From assembly GCA_002189035.1 (NCBI GenBank), contig CM007989.1, positions 1,550,001 through 1,614,000 on the forward strand: 64,000 nucleotides of DNA. Reading direction: 5' to 3'. Each line of letters opens with the position of its first letter. Position 1 is the stretch's first letter. Shown in pieces: positions 10,953 through 24,576 of this stretch. The position numbers were made by a program, and so were the translations under genes. Source of the stretch: Utricularia gibba. Taxonomy: Eukaryota; Plantae; Magnoliophyta. The notes beneath the pieces are model-generated. The model did not search any database and was not told the origin of the DNA. It was given only the letters and a program-made list of their open reading frames with translations.

Positions 10953-13476
10953 TCAGAAGTAGCCACCACACATTATTTCTCAATTCTACACTACCCGACG
11001 AGATAGTCTCTTGTTGTCTGGGTGCAAAAACCTGTGACCCTCGTCCTGCCATTCTTTTCCTCACGAAAGGATTGTTTGTTAAGCATCGTTTCTTGGTCTT
11101 ATTTCATAATTTCGATTGAAACAAATGTGTTTCGCTCAAATCTGGCGTACTGGACGCGAGGGTATTTGTTGAATAAGTTGGTGACTTATTTTAATAAATA
11201 TCTCAACTGTAACTTATAAAATAAGTTGGATTTAAAATAAGTACAAGTAAAATTTAATTACAATTTACGTATATGTAAAAATCAAGTTATCTATAATAGG
11301 TAGTATTAATCTATACTTTAAATTATAAGTTAAAAAATAAGTTAGGATAACCTTAGATAATCGACGTTGAAACCCAATACTAAAAACAGTATTACTACTC
11401 CAAACAAATATATATTGTGCATACCATTAAAAATCATTCTTAAATTATAAATTAAGATTATTACCTTAATAATATTAATACATTAGTATAGTTTATCAGG
11501 AAGCCTACTATCAATGTCCACCAAGCAAGATACTGATCATAATTGTACATCCACTTCCGTGATAGCATCTCAATAAATTGATACAGATAATAAATATATT
11601 AAAATGTTAATTCATTAATCGAATATGCATTATATAAATATTATCTTAAAATAAAACAATAACCTGACATGGAAACTATGAATGAAAGAGATTTGCACGT
11701 GTAATTCTTTCATGAGAACGCACGTTCCAAGCACCAGAAAAAGAATACGTAATCCTCGTAAAAACTCCTTTAAGTTAAAAAATTATTACTATAGCACTCT
11801 ATTTCCAAATGTTTATAATTAAATAATTGAAGAATTAATTTTATTACTAATATAAATTATTTAAATTTCAAAAAAATATAAAATTAAGAAACGTTTTTCT
11901 TTTATAAAAAGTCGAGAAATCTCATTTTCTAATTTTTAAAAAGCACTTCTCAAAAATCATTTTTTATAAAGTTATAGGAAATAGTACCGAAACTTTACAA
12001 CTTTTGTCCAAACTCATTGGCTTTATTTGGTTTTTGGAGTTCGATTACTAATATATCCTTAATATTATACATGCTTGTCAAGAATATATATCATTTGAAG
12101 AAGTACTTGCCAAGAGTAATTATAATTATCTAGCAAAGTATAAAATTAATAAATGATATTTATTTATCAGTTCGACTTTGTATTTTTAAAATTAATATCA
12201 ACTTTTCACGTATCTTTTTGAAGTGTTTTACAAATGTTGTATTAAAAAACATATATTATTTAGGAATAAATTAAACATGCGTGCACTCCAAACGACTCCG
12301 CATTAATTATTTCCGAGGCGCCGCAGGCATTGACCGTACTAAATAAACAACATTATTAATGGAAATATTGGGGGAAAAACGGTGAGCCGCTGGTTACGGG
12401 ATAAAATAATCAGAACAAAAAAACGGCAAGATTTAGATCAGTATAAAATCCAAAGGATGTGATTGACTGTGGAAAAGTCGTTGAGTCGGTGGCGTGCTGG
12501 GAATTTTCTGCGACACGTGGGCTCCTGATGCTGTCGGCAGCGTCCAATTTGCCACGTGCTAAATGCTCGCTCGAAATGGCAGGAACCCAAATTGGGAAAT
12601 AATTTTGGATTCCCATTCTCTCCTTTGAATTATCACACACCAAATATTCGCATATTATTTAAATTTTTATATTAGGGAACTTCTAATGAGGGGAATCTTT
12701 TTAAGGTACGCAGGGGCGCGTCAGGATTTTCATGAAGGGGTGTCCATTGCATTTTTTTTAATGATGTTAAATTACTAAATAATGAACTAAATTCATATTA
12801 TTAACCGTAAATTTTTATAATATATTTAGTAAATGTTTTTAGTGACACCACTCAAATACGTGTGGGGCCTGCCCTGCTCTTAACTGCGGGCGTGGCGTTC
12901 TAATCATTGAGCCCGCTCCCGTTGAATCTTCCAGTCAACTCTCAAGTCGATTCGAATAGGGGCATTGGCCGTTTCGCTAAAACACAAGGAAAAAAGACCA
13001 CAATTTTCAATTGTGTTTTGTTATAAGTAAAGATATTTTGAATCTATGAAAAATGCATTCAATGATAATTTTTTAAATTAAGGATTTGAGTACAAATAAT
13101 CTATAATTTATTACATACTTCATTATTTCAATTTTAAATGTGTGATATTATTTGTTTTAATAAAAATAAAAGTATTTTTGTAGTCCAAAAATAATTTCGT
13201 TAATAAATAAGAATAAATTATTTCATAAAAAATAGATTGGTTACATTTCCGTATTTATTACGTGAATAAAAATTGAAAATATAGCATATTATAGTCATTA
13301 TTCGTCTTAAATATTATTTTAACATGCAGGGAAGTTGGGTGGAAAATTTCTATTTATTGGAGGCAGCATGGAGACCACAGAAGCGTCGAGTACCAGTTGA
13401 AGCCTGAAGCTTTTGTTCTTCTTCTAAGAAAACAAAAGAAGAATTTATTGGAGGAAGCTCTGCTGAAGCTACGGTA

Positions 13477-14933
13477 ATGGCGCAGCACGTGGTCCTTGTT
13501 GCATTCCCACTTTACGGCCACATCAACCCTACGATGGAGCTCGCAAAGCGCCTTATGCGCATCGGGGTTGAGGTCACCTTCGTCACCAGCGTTGCCACCC
13601 GCCGCCGTGTCGAGAAATTTGTCTCTGCCTCCCAGAAGTACGGTTTCTCCTGCTTCGCAGCCTACTTCTCCGACGGCTTCGATGACGGATACAAGCTAAC
13701 CGACGACCTCACGAAGCTCCTCGACGGGTTGAAGTCAGCCGGCGCCGCGACTTTGAGAGACGTCATTGTCGCCGCCGCGGAGCTGAACCGGCCGGTCAGC
13801 TACATGGTCGCCACGCCGTTTCTCCCTTGGGCGGCGGACGTGGCGCGTGGTTTCAATATCCCGGCGGCGTTGCTCTGGACTCAGCCGGCGGCGGTTCTCG
13901 GTACTTACTACCACTATTTCAATGGCTTCGCCGATGAGGTCTCCAGAAAGTATGATGACCCAAAATGGAAACTTCAGCTGCCGGGGTATCCGTACGCGTG
14001 GCCAGCAGAGATCTTCCGACGTTCTTGCTTCCTTCCTGCGATGAAGCCACGGTAACGCAAGTCTACAAGGAGCAAATCGAATATCTGGATAATAAAACGG
14101 TTTCCAAAATACTTGTCAACACTTTTGATGCGCTGGAGCACGGGCTTTTGGAAGCCGGCTTCGGGAAATACGAAATGATCGGCATCGGACCTCTGGTCTC
14201 CGACGCTTTCCTTAAGAAGAATACAGAGGAGGTATTGATTAATTCCCCGCGTTTTTAGATCATCTAATCCGGATTATTTCTCCCATTCTAATCCCTGAAT
14301 TCTCTGCAGGTGGACGATGAATGCCTGCGATGGCTGAACACGAAGCCCAACTCCTCCGTCGTTTTCGTCTGCTTCGGCAGCCTGGTGGCGCTCCCGAAGC
14401 CGCAGATGGAGGAGATCGCCAAGGGATTACTGAAATCGAAGCGCCCCTTCTTGTGGGTTATCCGGGAAGAAGAGAGCAGCAAGGCTATGAAGAAGTTGAT
14501 AGGAGAAGTCGAAGAGAGCTTCGGAAAAATCATTCCCTGGTGCTCGCAGCTCCACGTCCTCAGCCACCCCGCGCTGGGCTGCTTCGTTACGCACTGCGGC
14601 TGGAACTCTACCTTGGAGAGCTTGTGCTGCGGCGTCCCGACGGTGGCCTTCCCCTCGTGGGGCGAGCAAGGAATGAACGCCATGATGATAGCGGAGGCGT
14701 GGAAAACTGGAGTCAGAGTGAGAGCAAACGATGAGGTAGGCGGAGAATTGACCGTCGACAGCGAGGAGATATTCCGATGCATCGAACAAGTGATGGACGG
14801 AGGGGAAGCCGGCAGGGAACTGAGGCACAACGTCCATAAATGGAAGGTATTGGCTCGTGAAGCCATGGCAGAGGTGCATGGTACTTCTTACACAAATCTG
14901 CGTGAATTATTCGCGGCTCATGGGACTCAATAG
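13477..14933 (+). CDS. UDP-glycosyltransferase, group L (UGT75-like); apparent 1-bp deletion at ~13993; 78-bp intron 14232-14309
   Basis: N-terminal FPLYGHINP with catalytic His. PSPG box WCSQLHVLSHPALGCFVTHCGWNSTLESLCCGVPTVAFPSWGEQ. C-terminal GTSYTNL. Confidence 0.9.
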
Positions 14934-14965
14934 ATAATTTATTACAGACGATTGATGTACCATGT

Positions 14966-14966
14966 G

Positions 14967-15007
<41 letters not shown>
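14966..15007. repeat. Compound (CT)n(AT)n microsatellite
   Basis: Direct reading just downstream of the UGT stop. Confidence 0.95.
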
Positions 15008-15928
15008 AAATAATAATTTATTCTACGCTGTTATTCTTATATTTTTGCCCTTCCAGACAATGAGACGTCAGCAGCTTACGTGTTCTCAATACTGAGGAAT
15101 AAAATAATCACATTAACGGGGTAGTTGGCAATTTAGCGTCAACCATATCAATCTTCAACATTTTATCATCTATTTTACATTCATATTATATTTTTTTTAT
15201 TCACATCATATTTCTTTTTATTTTTTTGTATACCAAATATTTTACTATTTTATCTTCAACAAATATCATTTTTCACCAGAAAACCTTCTTTTTACAATTA
15301 ATCACATTTTAAAAATATACTACACCAAATTTCATGGTTTAATTCATCCAAACAATTCCATATCATTTTCAACGTAACATCTTCATCGGTTAGGGACACC
15401 GATAGAGTTGCCCTTAGGATATACCATGTTTGCCCTAAGAGATTGCGATAAGATTCGATTATGAACGAGGAAGTCTCCACGTGGTTAGGTTTGGGCACAT
15501 GCCATACTATATCAGAAAATTAACTTAATATAACTAAATATATTAAATATTGTAAATCAATATTAATTGATTGACACTAATGTTTTTTAATATTATTCAT
15601 GTTTTTTGTGTATTTAGGTTTCGTACACATTCGTCTGATCAATGCTTAATTTTAATATGATATCATAACGTTTGTGTTACGACACGTTTGGGTAACCAAT
15701 ATAAATTTCGTCTTGGGCTTAAATGTAAAAAAAAAAAAAATCAGATAAATTGGTGGGCTAAAGAGCCAGGCCAGGCCCTTCTTGATTCATTAATTATATA
15801 AGATTCAGATTGGGCCTGAACAACCCGATAAATCCAGACCTGGGCACAGTACATCTGGTAGAGCAACGGTAACTTTGCTAACTAACGTTCATTTGAACGT
15901 TGGAGTGTTGCTAAATTGTTTTGGGCCT

Positions 15929-18900
15929 TTACTGTATGGGACATCCATCTACATGTATGCCCTTTGCAGTCGGACAGGTCGCCAGACTGCAATGATCTCC
16001 GCCGGTCCCCCACCATGTTATCCCGTCATTGCCGTTCTGCATGCCGAGCGCAAGATACAAGAGCACCGCCATCAGCGCTACGCCGGAGTCCAGAGCCGCC
16101 GAAAGAATGTAGTTGTATTTCTGCCACCATCTCTTCCGGTACCGGAACACGAACCAGTTGAAGATGATGCCGACAACGATCCAGGCATTGAAGTTGAGGG
16201 GTGTTGCTGGAAACAGGAAGTACGCCGCTCCCAAAAAGATCGGCAGATTGACCAGCGGGATCCATGATTTCTTTGGAAATGCCTTGTGTAGCAGCCATAC
16301 AAGTAGAGGGCCTATGGCTCCTCCCAGGAAATACCAGTTCAGGGGGCCGTAGTTTCCCAGGTACCCGAAAGTTCGTCGTGGTCCTAGCAATCCCCATATC
16401 ACGGATTCGTCGAAGAAGAGCCTGCTCCAGGGGCATGTCCATGGACTGTTTGGTGGAAGAAGCTGGAGGTTGCATATATCTTTTACTGAAGTGAGTAGCC
16501 ACCAAGCCACTCCCATGTTCACGCTTCCTGCTATAATTGTTCCTAGGAACTGAAAACAAACTTGTCTGAGTAAATGCAGTTGGTTGAAAGTGTCAAATTT
16601 GTGGGTTTTTTGGCCAAGTGCAAGTTAGATATCTGTCAAGAAGAAGAACTGAGTTTTATCGCCACACCTGAACCATGAACATTGATCTTGGAGGGATCTT
16701 CATGTAGTGCCCGAGTTTGAAATCACTAAGGAAAAACACAGCTTGCGCCATGCTATTGTAACTATAGATTTTCATGCAGACAATGGCGATTGGTTTTCCA
16801 GGGTACATCATGCCCATCACATACTCCATTATCGTTTCAAGAGATGGCGCCTGCAGTCAAAACAAATAGTTTTCATTAAGCCCTAAATTTTAAACCCTAG
16901 AAACATGCACTTTACTTCAAATGCATACCAGATTAGTGGTCGCATTAAGAATGCTGATGGGCAGGGTGAAGACGAAGGCCACAATGCAGGCAAGAATGAG
17001 CCCCCACCATGGCATCTGGACCTGTTCCTTGTACGCAATGCAAAGTACAAGAGAAGCTACAAACGTCACACTTGCCATGACATAAAACCACCACGATGGA
17101 ATGTCCTTGTAGTTTCTCATTAACTTCGTGTGGATATCCTCCTTGAAATTGTTCGTAGCCCGAAATCGTTCGTAGATTTCCCTGTGATACTGCGCAGTCA
17201 AGCCACTATTCGAAAATGGATGACGAAAATCAAGCTTTAGTACCTTCCATGGAACAATCCCACATGCACAAGAGTAGCTGTAGTTGCAGCAAAACCAAAC
17301 CCATATCTCAGAGCAAACAGCATGCTTAGATTCAGCTTCCCCTGCGCCTGATACCTCTGTGTATCAAGCTCAAACCTATCGTTCACTATATCACTGATAT
17401 TGTAAGTCCTTCCTGTCGAAGTGAACAGCCCCGAGGAGAAGATGGGAAACTTGCGAGCACCGAACAAGTCTAGTTTCCAATACGCAATAGGAAGCACAAG
17501 AAAGATGATCAGGAAATAGCCACAGACCACATTGATTATCCCTAAGAAAGGGGTGACCAGAGGGCTTCCAAGGAAGGACGACACAGCACTCCAATCCAAG
17601 GTAAAGGCTCCGAATCCGAGCCCGTTCTGACCCGATCCAAGTTGATGTGCAGTAACCGAGTTAGAGAAGACCCAGCACACCCAGGATATGCTTGTGACTG
17701 TTGGGAAAAGGTAGCCAGGTACTACGTACCAACAGAAACTGCATATCATTGCTATGAGGAAGAACTTCCCCCTTGACATCCGCTCTTCATCTCTTTCGTG
17801 CATGGCCCTGTATCCCCAGTACACGTAAATTGAGCAGGTTTAATGCTTGCAAGATTTAAGACACAAAACATGAGTAACCTGCGATGCCCAATTCAGATTT
17901 TTGTCGAATCCAACCCATGAATCAATTCTAAGTAGGATTTAAGACAGATCGTGTCATTTAGTCACCTGAAAAGAGAAACTTGAACTAGGGTTCCGGGCCA
18001 CCACATATGCGCCGGATCCACCACATACTTCCTTAGGACTCCAGCCCAGCCATATCCCAACACCTACTTTGGAGGAAATATGATTAACATTGGACCCCCC
18101 AAGTTCGACATGTGGAGGACATCACAGTTTTCAGATAGCTGAAATCAGTGCTTCATCGGCTAAAAACCCAATAATTAAAAATATTTTTTATTTTATTTTT
18201 GATAGTAAAAAAAAATTAAGAATCTTACTTTGTAGTATAAAATATAAATGATATATCTATATATATGTGGAATCCAATCAAGATTGGTCATCGGATATAT
18301 GTGCTATTAGGTTAAAGTCAAAATTGATAGATCAAATTTAGTAGTGTGATCTGGTCTATCAAACGTATATTGTTAGAAATCGATGTTTTAAAGCCGAGAT
18401 GGACATATAACTAACTTTTTAATGGAATTTGTATAACCCAAAGTTGTGGAATAATATAATTTACCTGGGTAGTGATGACAAGAAGCCAGCCGACAAGAAA
18501 CGAAATCTTTCTGTGGTAAAAGACCTTGACAATGGTCACAATCTCTACAGCATAAGCGTTTCCCCATCCAAATGCAGCTCCCGCGTTAGCAAACATGGCG
18601 ATCAGCACATGCTCCTTCACGTTGAATGGGCCCGGGTTAAGCGAGAATCGCTTCTCCCCGAATCCGGGTAATCGGAAGTCCGCCTCCGGTAGCACCGCCG
18701 CCATGAACTTGCCGATAGGGAGGGCGACGATGACCACCGTGAGCTGGGTTATGACTAGGGGCTCTGTCCGATATAGGAAGAATTGGTTGATAAAAGCAAG
18801 GACTAGGCAGGAGATCAAGCCCAGTGTCCATGATCGGAAGGTCCATACGGGTAGGGTCGGATCATCCGTGTTGGTGACAGTAAGGCGGACTTCTTCGATC

Positions 18901-18959
18901 GGAGAGACATCGTCCTCATCGTCATCGCCGGCGAGTCGTTGGTGTCCGGTGACGGCCAT
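15929..18959 (-). CDS. OPT4: Oligopeptide transporter (OPT family, OPT4-like), 6 exons
   Basis: [54 protein letters not shown] and [11 protein letters not shown]. Exons joined through GT-AG sites. Confidence 0.93.
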
Positions 18960-19481
18960 TTTGATGGGAAGACTGAGGAGGAAACAATTGACGCCTTGCC
19001 ACTCCTTATTGGTTAGAGTGAGCTATCGGGTACATAAAAATAATACCCATAACTAGAGGGGTGTGTATGCAAATAACGTAGTTACCAATGAGGGACCATA
19101 CTTTCACCATCGAGAATTCCTGTGGCTGGGAAGAGATGATGTGTTGGTTGTCCAAGTGGCTAGATTGAAACTAGGGATGTGGTCCAAATGCAAGGTGTAG
19201 GATTTATGAATTTGTCCGAGGGAAGTGGACTTTGACATTTTTTCACTCAGATCTACCAGGAAAGATATTCTGTCAAGAGTTCTGGGGGCAGGACAATGCA
19301 AGCTTCATTAGTTTATCCCTTGCAAGTGGACAGAATTGTGCAACAATGAGTTAAAAATGCAGTGAAATAAGTCAATGCATGATCAGGTGTATTACAAAAT
19401 TGTGTATACCAATGAATAGTGGGAGCAATACAAAGAATCGGCATGGATGATGCAGACAAACATGGAATAGTTGCTAGGAAG

Positions 19482-21527
19482 TTAAGAGACTGTCCTCTTG
19501 CTCTTTTCTAGCTTTGTGCGTACCTTTTCTTCCAGCTGGGAGATGAGGGTATCCAGGCTGAATATTCTGTTCAGGGCGTTCATGTTTTCAAGTGTCTCGT
19601 TGAGGGACTGAGGGTCGGCTTTGTCGCAACGCAGGTGCTGCATTGGACCGTGCAGGAGCTTGTTCACAATCCCATTGCTGAGATCGTAGATGGCCTTCTT
19701 CTGTTTATCAGGGATGTCACTGCCGAGTTTAGCCAGGCATTTTTCGACCTCAGAAGTCCTGATTCTTTCTGCATAAGCCCTCAGCTTCTTGATTGTTGGA
19801 ACAGCTTCGAGAGAATACTTCCAAGCTTCGAATTGCTCCACTTCTTCTGCTATGATCGCTTCAGCTTCCTTGGCTTTCTGAAAACGGTCCTCTGCGTTGG
19901 CAGCGACTACTTCTTTCAAATCATCAACATTGTAGAGTTGGATGCCCTCGATTTCGGCCACGGATGGTGCCACATTACGAGGAACAGAGATATCGACGAA
20001 TAGCCTTGGTGAAGAGGGGAGGGCCTGAACTTGTTCTTCTGTGAAGAGGAGAGATTCTGATGCAGTACATGTGAAGATAACATCGGCTTCTGCAGAAGAT
20101 GCATGCATTTCCGAGAGAGGCCTATATTCTATTTCAACATCCTTCAGCTCCTCACGTATGGATGCAACTCTGTCCTCTGTTCTATTCACAACAACCATCT
20201 TTCTGAAACCCTTGGCAACCAAATGTTTGATAACCAGTTTTCCCATCTTACCAGCTCCAATGACCAACATTCTCGAAGACTCACGGCTCACCTCTGGAAG
20301 TTTCATCAAGGCAAGCTCTACAGCAGCAGAACTAACAGATACTGATCCAGTGGAGATACTGGTTTCTGTTCTCACTCGTTTTCCACTGTAATTGCTTGCT
20401 TGAAGAGCCCGCCGATTTTACGATCAAACCCCGGCACTCCTTGTCCTGCTTTAACAACTTGCTTTACCTGTGCAAGAATCTGACCTTCGCCCAGAACCAG
20501 GGAATCAAGCCCAGAAGCTACTTCAAAGAGGTGTTGCGTTGCATCCTTGTTGTAGAGGAAGAATCTGTGCTTAGATAACTCAGAGACTGGTACCGAGCTT
20601 CTCTGCCAACATTGACATCAAAATCAACAACAGCTTTGGGAAATTGCTCATTGCAAAATCTTTCATAACCAGCTTTTTTTTTTATGGGAATCATTCTGTT
20701 AAACTAGTGATCTCTAAGCCTATTAACATGAAGACATTTTCATGCAATGGGGAAACTTTTTCCTAGTCTACTATCCACAACACCGATTTGTAGTAATCCA
20801 AGCAGAGTAATGTTTAACTTTGATAGCAGATTGTCAAAAAAGTAAGTACCTTTGACATCCATTCAGTAACTTCTTTAACTCCGCGATGTTGTGACAGAGC
20901 AACAACATATATCTCCATCCGGTTGCAAGTGCTAAGAACTGCTGCCTCCTCTATATGATTCAAATCACATAGTTCTTCAATCACCTTTGGCCACTGTGCT
21001 TCTTCTATTGCAATTTTCTCACGTATATCGATTGGAGCGGTTCGATAGTTCAATCCTATCACTACAATGCTACTACTTTCCCTGGTGTAACCTGAAAGGA
21101 AACAAAACAAACAACCTTGATTTCATTACAACCCATAAACAACTTTCCAAATTCCAATCCACCATCGAACTAAGTTCACATTAAATACATCCTGCAATTA
21201 ATAACATGAAATGTGCATCATACAAACGAAAAATCTCGTCACAGAATTAAAAAACATACGATCGGCACCGGAGGCTTTGAGAAACTCCAAGGCGGAAATA
21301 CTCGACGACTTGGTCTCAGCATCGGTAGCATGATCAGAAACTTCACATCTAGGACTCGATTTCAAAACACTATAATTTAATTCATAAGGCCCTTTCCCCC
21401 TCTTCCGGGGGAAACAAACCGAATAAGGTTTGCTGCCGCGGGAATGAATCCCCGGGTTGATCTCCATCTTCGCATTGCAATTAGAACGTGAAAAACACGC
21501 CGCGAATCCAATCTCCGTCGCCGCCAT
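19482..21527 (-). CDS. HEMA: Glutamyl-tRNA reductase, plastid, 3 exons; apparent 1-bp deletion at ~20384
   Basis: Transit peptide, [15 protein letters not shown], catalytic [30 protein letters not shown] and [11 protein letters not shown]. Confidence 0.93.
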
Positions 21528-22228
21528 GGTGGTACCGGTCCGTTTCGCCGGCCGTGTGGCGACCACGGCGGAGTATATATTGCGATCGAAAGAGTTGAAA
21601 AGTAGGTGTGCAAACCAAATTAGAAGTCAGAAGAGAAAACGTGTGTTCGGTACACCCGCACCCGCCACACCTGCTATCGAAGAAATTCTGACGACTTCGA
21701 TAATTAGGAAATGTGAAATTGAATTTTGAGGGATAGACCAGTCGACGTACGTCGGCTGCGGCCCGGTCCAGCCGCAAGCCCGGCCTGGCCCGACACTGCC
21801 CAGTCATTGTCTTTGTCATGGACCGTATCTTGTGACTCAACGGGCCTGAGCCGGTCCGACTGTTTTCTTACCGAGCTTGAGCTTTTCGGTCTGACTCATG
21901 GGCCAGGCTGTGTGCCCTAGAGGGCCGTCTAGTGTCCAATTTGAGTAGATGATGTCTGAAATTAGGGCAATAATTGGGCTTCACCCAAAAATAGAATCTA
22001 ACTGGCCCAATAACTAAATATTGGTTAGTAATAATACGTACATTTTCTTGAATTTAAAAATCAGTAACCCGATCTTCTTTGTCGTAAGTTGAGGCTGTGA
22101 TGCAATATGCCATTACAGAATCTTCTCGTGGTTTGTAGAAGGTCAACTATATCTCTCTTGCGATTATCTCCCGAGGGTGCTGTCTGTTTTTTAAGGGCGC
22201 GGGGAGGAGTTCTTCGTTTCGGAAGAGC

Positions 22229-23482
22229 ATGGGGTCTGTGCAAAAATCGGAGGAGGAATGGCGCGCTATCCTGTCACCTGAGCAGTTCCGGATTCTGCGG
22301 AAGAAGGGCACGGAGTAAGTTGGGCTGTTTAAGTTGATTGGATATGCCTCTAAAACTTAATTTAGTGTTATTGAAATTCTGTTGGGTTTCGGTGGTTTGG
22401 TGTTGAAATTTGTGCAATATGTTCTGTACTCAAGAACTGCAGTCAACTGATCAAGCGGATTTGAGAAGGGGGTTGAAAGTTTGAAACTTGTATGGTAGTA
22501 ACGTGGTATATATTCTATTGATTTGATTCCCCTTTGAGATTTCGTATGCATGGCATGAAGCTTGCAGCTGTGACTGTTACCTTTGTACGCTATGCCACTC
22601 ATCTTTGCTTGCTGGATTTTGAGCTTGTTCTGCTACTTGTCAACCGATATGTTGTCATATTTCATGTAGCTTCTCTCCTATTTAAATGGCTTGTTTATGA
22701 GTTTCCTCTGATTTTTTATGGAAATCCGCACAACAGAACAAACTGACAGTTCCGTTGTTTGAAAGCAAATGCATGTTTTGCTGACGACTGCCATCTTTTC
22801 CAATAGCAGCTGCATAATGTTCTTGTTCTCTATCATCTTTCTTCTTCTCTTGAGAAAAACAAGTGCCTCATATGGCAATATATGGAAAGTTAACATTTTA
22901 GATAAAGGCGGGGATTGGTATAATCTATCTTCTTGTATCTAGTCTTCTCTCCAGTGGCAAAATCTAGTATTTTGAGTGTGAATTTCACCCCTTACACATT
23001 ATGCTTATGTTTTCTCCTGTAGATGATTTGAACCCTCTTGGTATACCCAAACACTTCTTTCAGTGCTCTGTATGATGCATATGTTTATCAGGTATCCCGG
23101 TACTGGAGAATACAACAAGTTCTATGAGGAGGGCACATACACCTGCGCAGGATGTGGAACTCCCCTATACAAGTCCACTACCAAATTCAACTCCGGCTGT
23201 GGCTGGCCGGCTTTCTACGAGGGCCTCCCGGGAGCCATCAACAGAACAGTAACGAGTCTTTTCAGCTTTCATTCTAGCAAAAAAGTCCAGGCTTTAAACT
23301 AACTTCGCGGCTGGCATTCCTCTCAGCCTGATCCAGATGGAAGACGCGTAGAGATCACTTGCACAGCATGTGGAGGTCACCTTGGGCATGTCTTCAAAGG
23401 GGAAGGATTCCAAACTCCCACTGATGAGAGGCATTGTGTGAACAGCGTCTCCCTCAAGTTCACAAATGCGTCCTCCCTGTGA
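22229..23482 (+). CDS. MSRB: Methionine-R-sulfoxide reductase B (2-Cys type), 3 exons; start uncertain (a transit peptide may be hidden by an indel)
   Basis: [22 protein letters not shown], two CxxC Zn motifs, GCGWPAF, GHLGHVF and catalytic RHCVNS. Confidence 0.92.
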
Positions 23483-24576
23483 CAAGGACACAAAGCACCC
23501 ACCATATTCCATATGGCATCAGCTTTACACTATGATATGTAAACTGAATCTCGCTCTACTTAAATAAAAGTTACCGTTCTGTCACAATTTTTTTTATTGT
23601 ATTCCAACACCAGCTCAATGATGCCATTGAGGATGCATTTCGATCCACGGAACGAAAGAACAAAATGGTTGGATTGTGAACACGATGTGTCAAAAGTTTT
23701 TCTCTTTTTGTGGAATGTGTGTCATAGTAAAGAAGTTTACCCAATTCTGTTGCAAATGGCATCCTCAAAATTGTTGACAATGGCGGCCTCTGGAGTCTTG
23801 TTGCTGCCTGTTCGATGACCTCTAGCGCAAATTTATTGCTGCTTTCAGATGTATATAAGCTTTGCAATATGCTAGAATTTGCTACACAATTTTTACTCCA
23901 GGAAATGAAATTTACCGCAACCAGACTTTTATAGACGACAACCGGGTTTCTGGTGAAGATCAGGTGTCAGCAACGCGGCCGTACATCGATCCCGTTTGCC
24001 TGTGAAGATAAAGAAGAGACTTAGAATGGGAATACTTCACAACTCAATGTATGATGGACGGAAACTCCAATAGCCACGATCCAGTTTTACCCAAAAATAA
24101 AATAAAAAAATAAAAAAATATTTCTTAATATTCCCAGTTTTTTTGATCACATGGAATATTATAAAAAATTATTCAATATTTTCATCAAAAAATAAATATT
24201 TGCAAATTGCTCACAGAACTTTCTTCTCCTATAATTTCTGCCCAAATCGATTTCGTTCTACTGGAAGATTTACGCGTCTGAGTATCGAAGGATTTTCGCT
24301 GTAAGTTTTCCCGGCCGATCACCCTTCTCGCCGCCAAAGGGCCGATCGGCTTTTTTGGGTTTACGATACTTTCCTTGAACTTCGTTGTCATAACTCGCCA
24401 AGGAAAGAAAGGTAAGGGAATTTTGCCCTAATTTTTGTGGACTTGTACCTGATTGGGGGACCCTTTGTTGCGGTTGATTTTGCTGGCTTTAGCTCGAGTG
24501 ATTTGCGATCATTCCGACGTCAACAGGATTCGTATACCTGCTATCGTCATCGGACCTCGGTTTTAGGACTTTGGGG

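Larger units (their letters stand above)
1800..12605. repeat. Tandem segmental duplication, two ~5.4 kb units (~1800-7270 and ~7280-12605)
   Basis: Co-linear matching blocks read by eye: ~1805-2228 vs ~7285-7670, ~3665-3910 vs ~7995-8200, ~4520-6350 vs ~9270-11060, ~6378-6625 vs ~11360-11610, ~6890-7260 vs ~12150-12600. Boundaries approximate. Confidence 0.9.

Noticed and set aside
12710-12876. Possible hAT MITE (CAGGGGC ... GCCCTG)
   Set aside because: The terminal match is only ~5-6 bp and the flanking 8-mers differ, so there is no TSD.
21740-21925. GC-rich GGCCC/GGGCC cluster between HEMA and MSRB as a MITE or hairpin RNA
   Set aside because: No clear TIR/TSD or long perfect stem. Adequately explained as site-II-like motifs in a divergent promoter or an old TE fragment.
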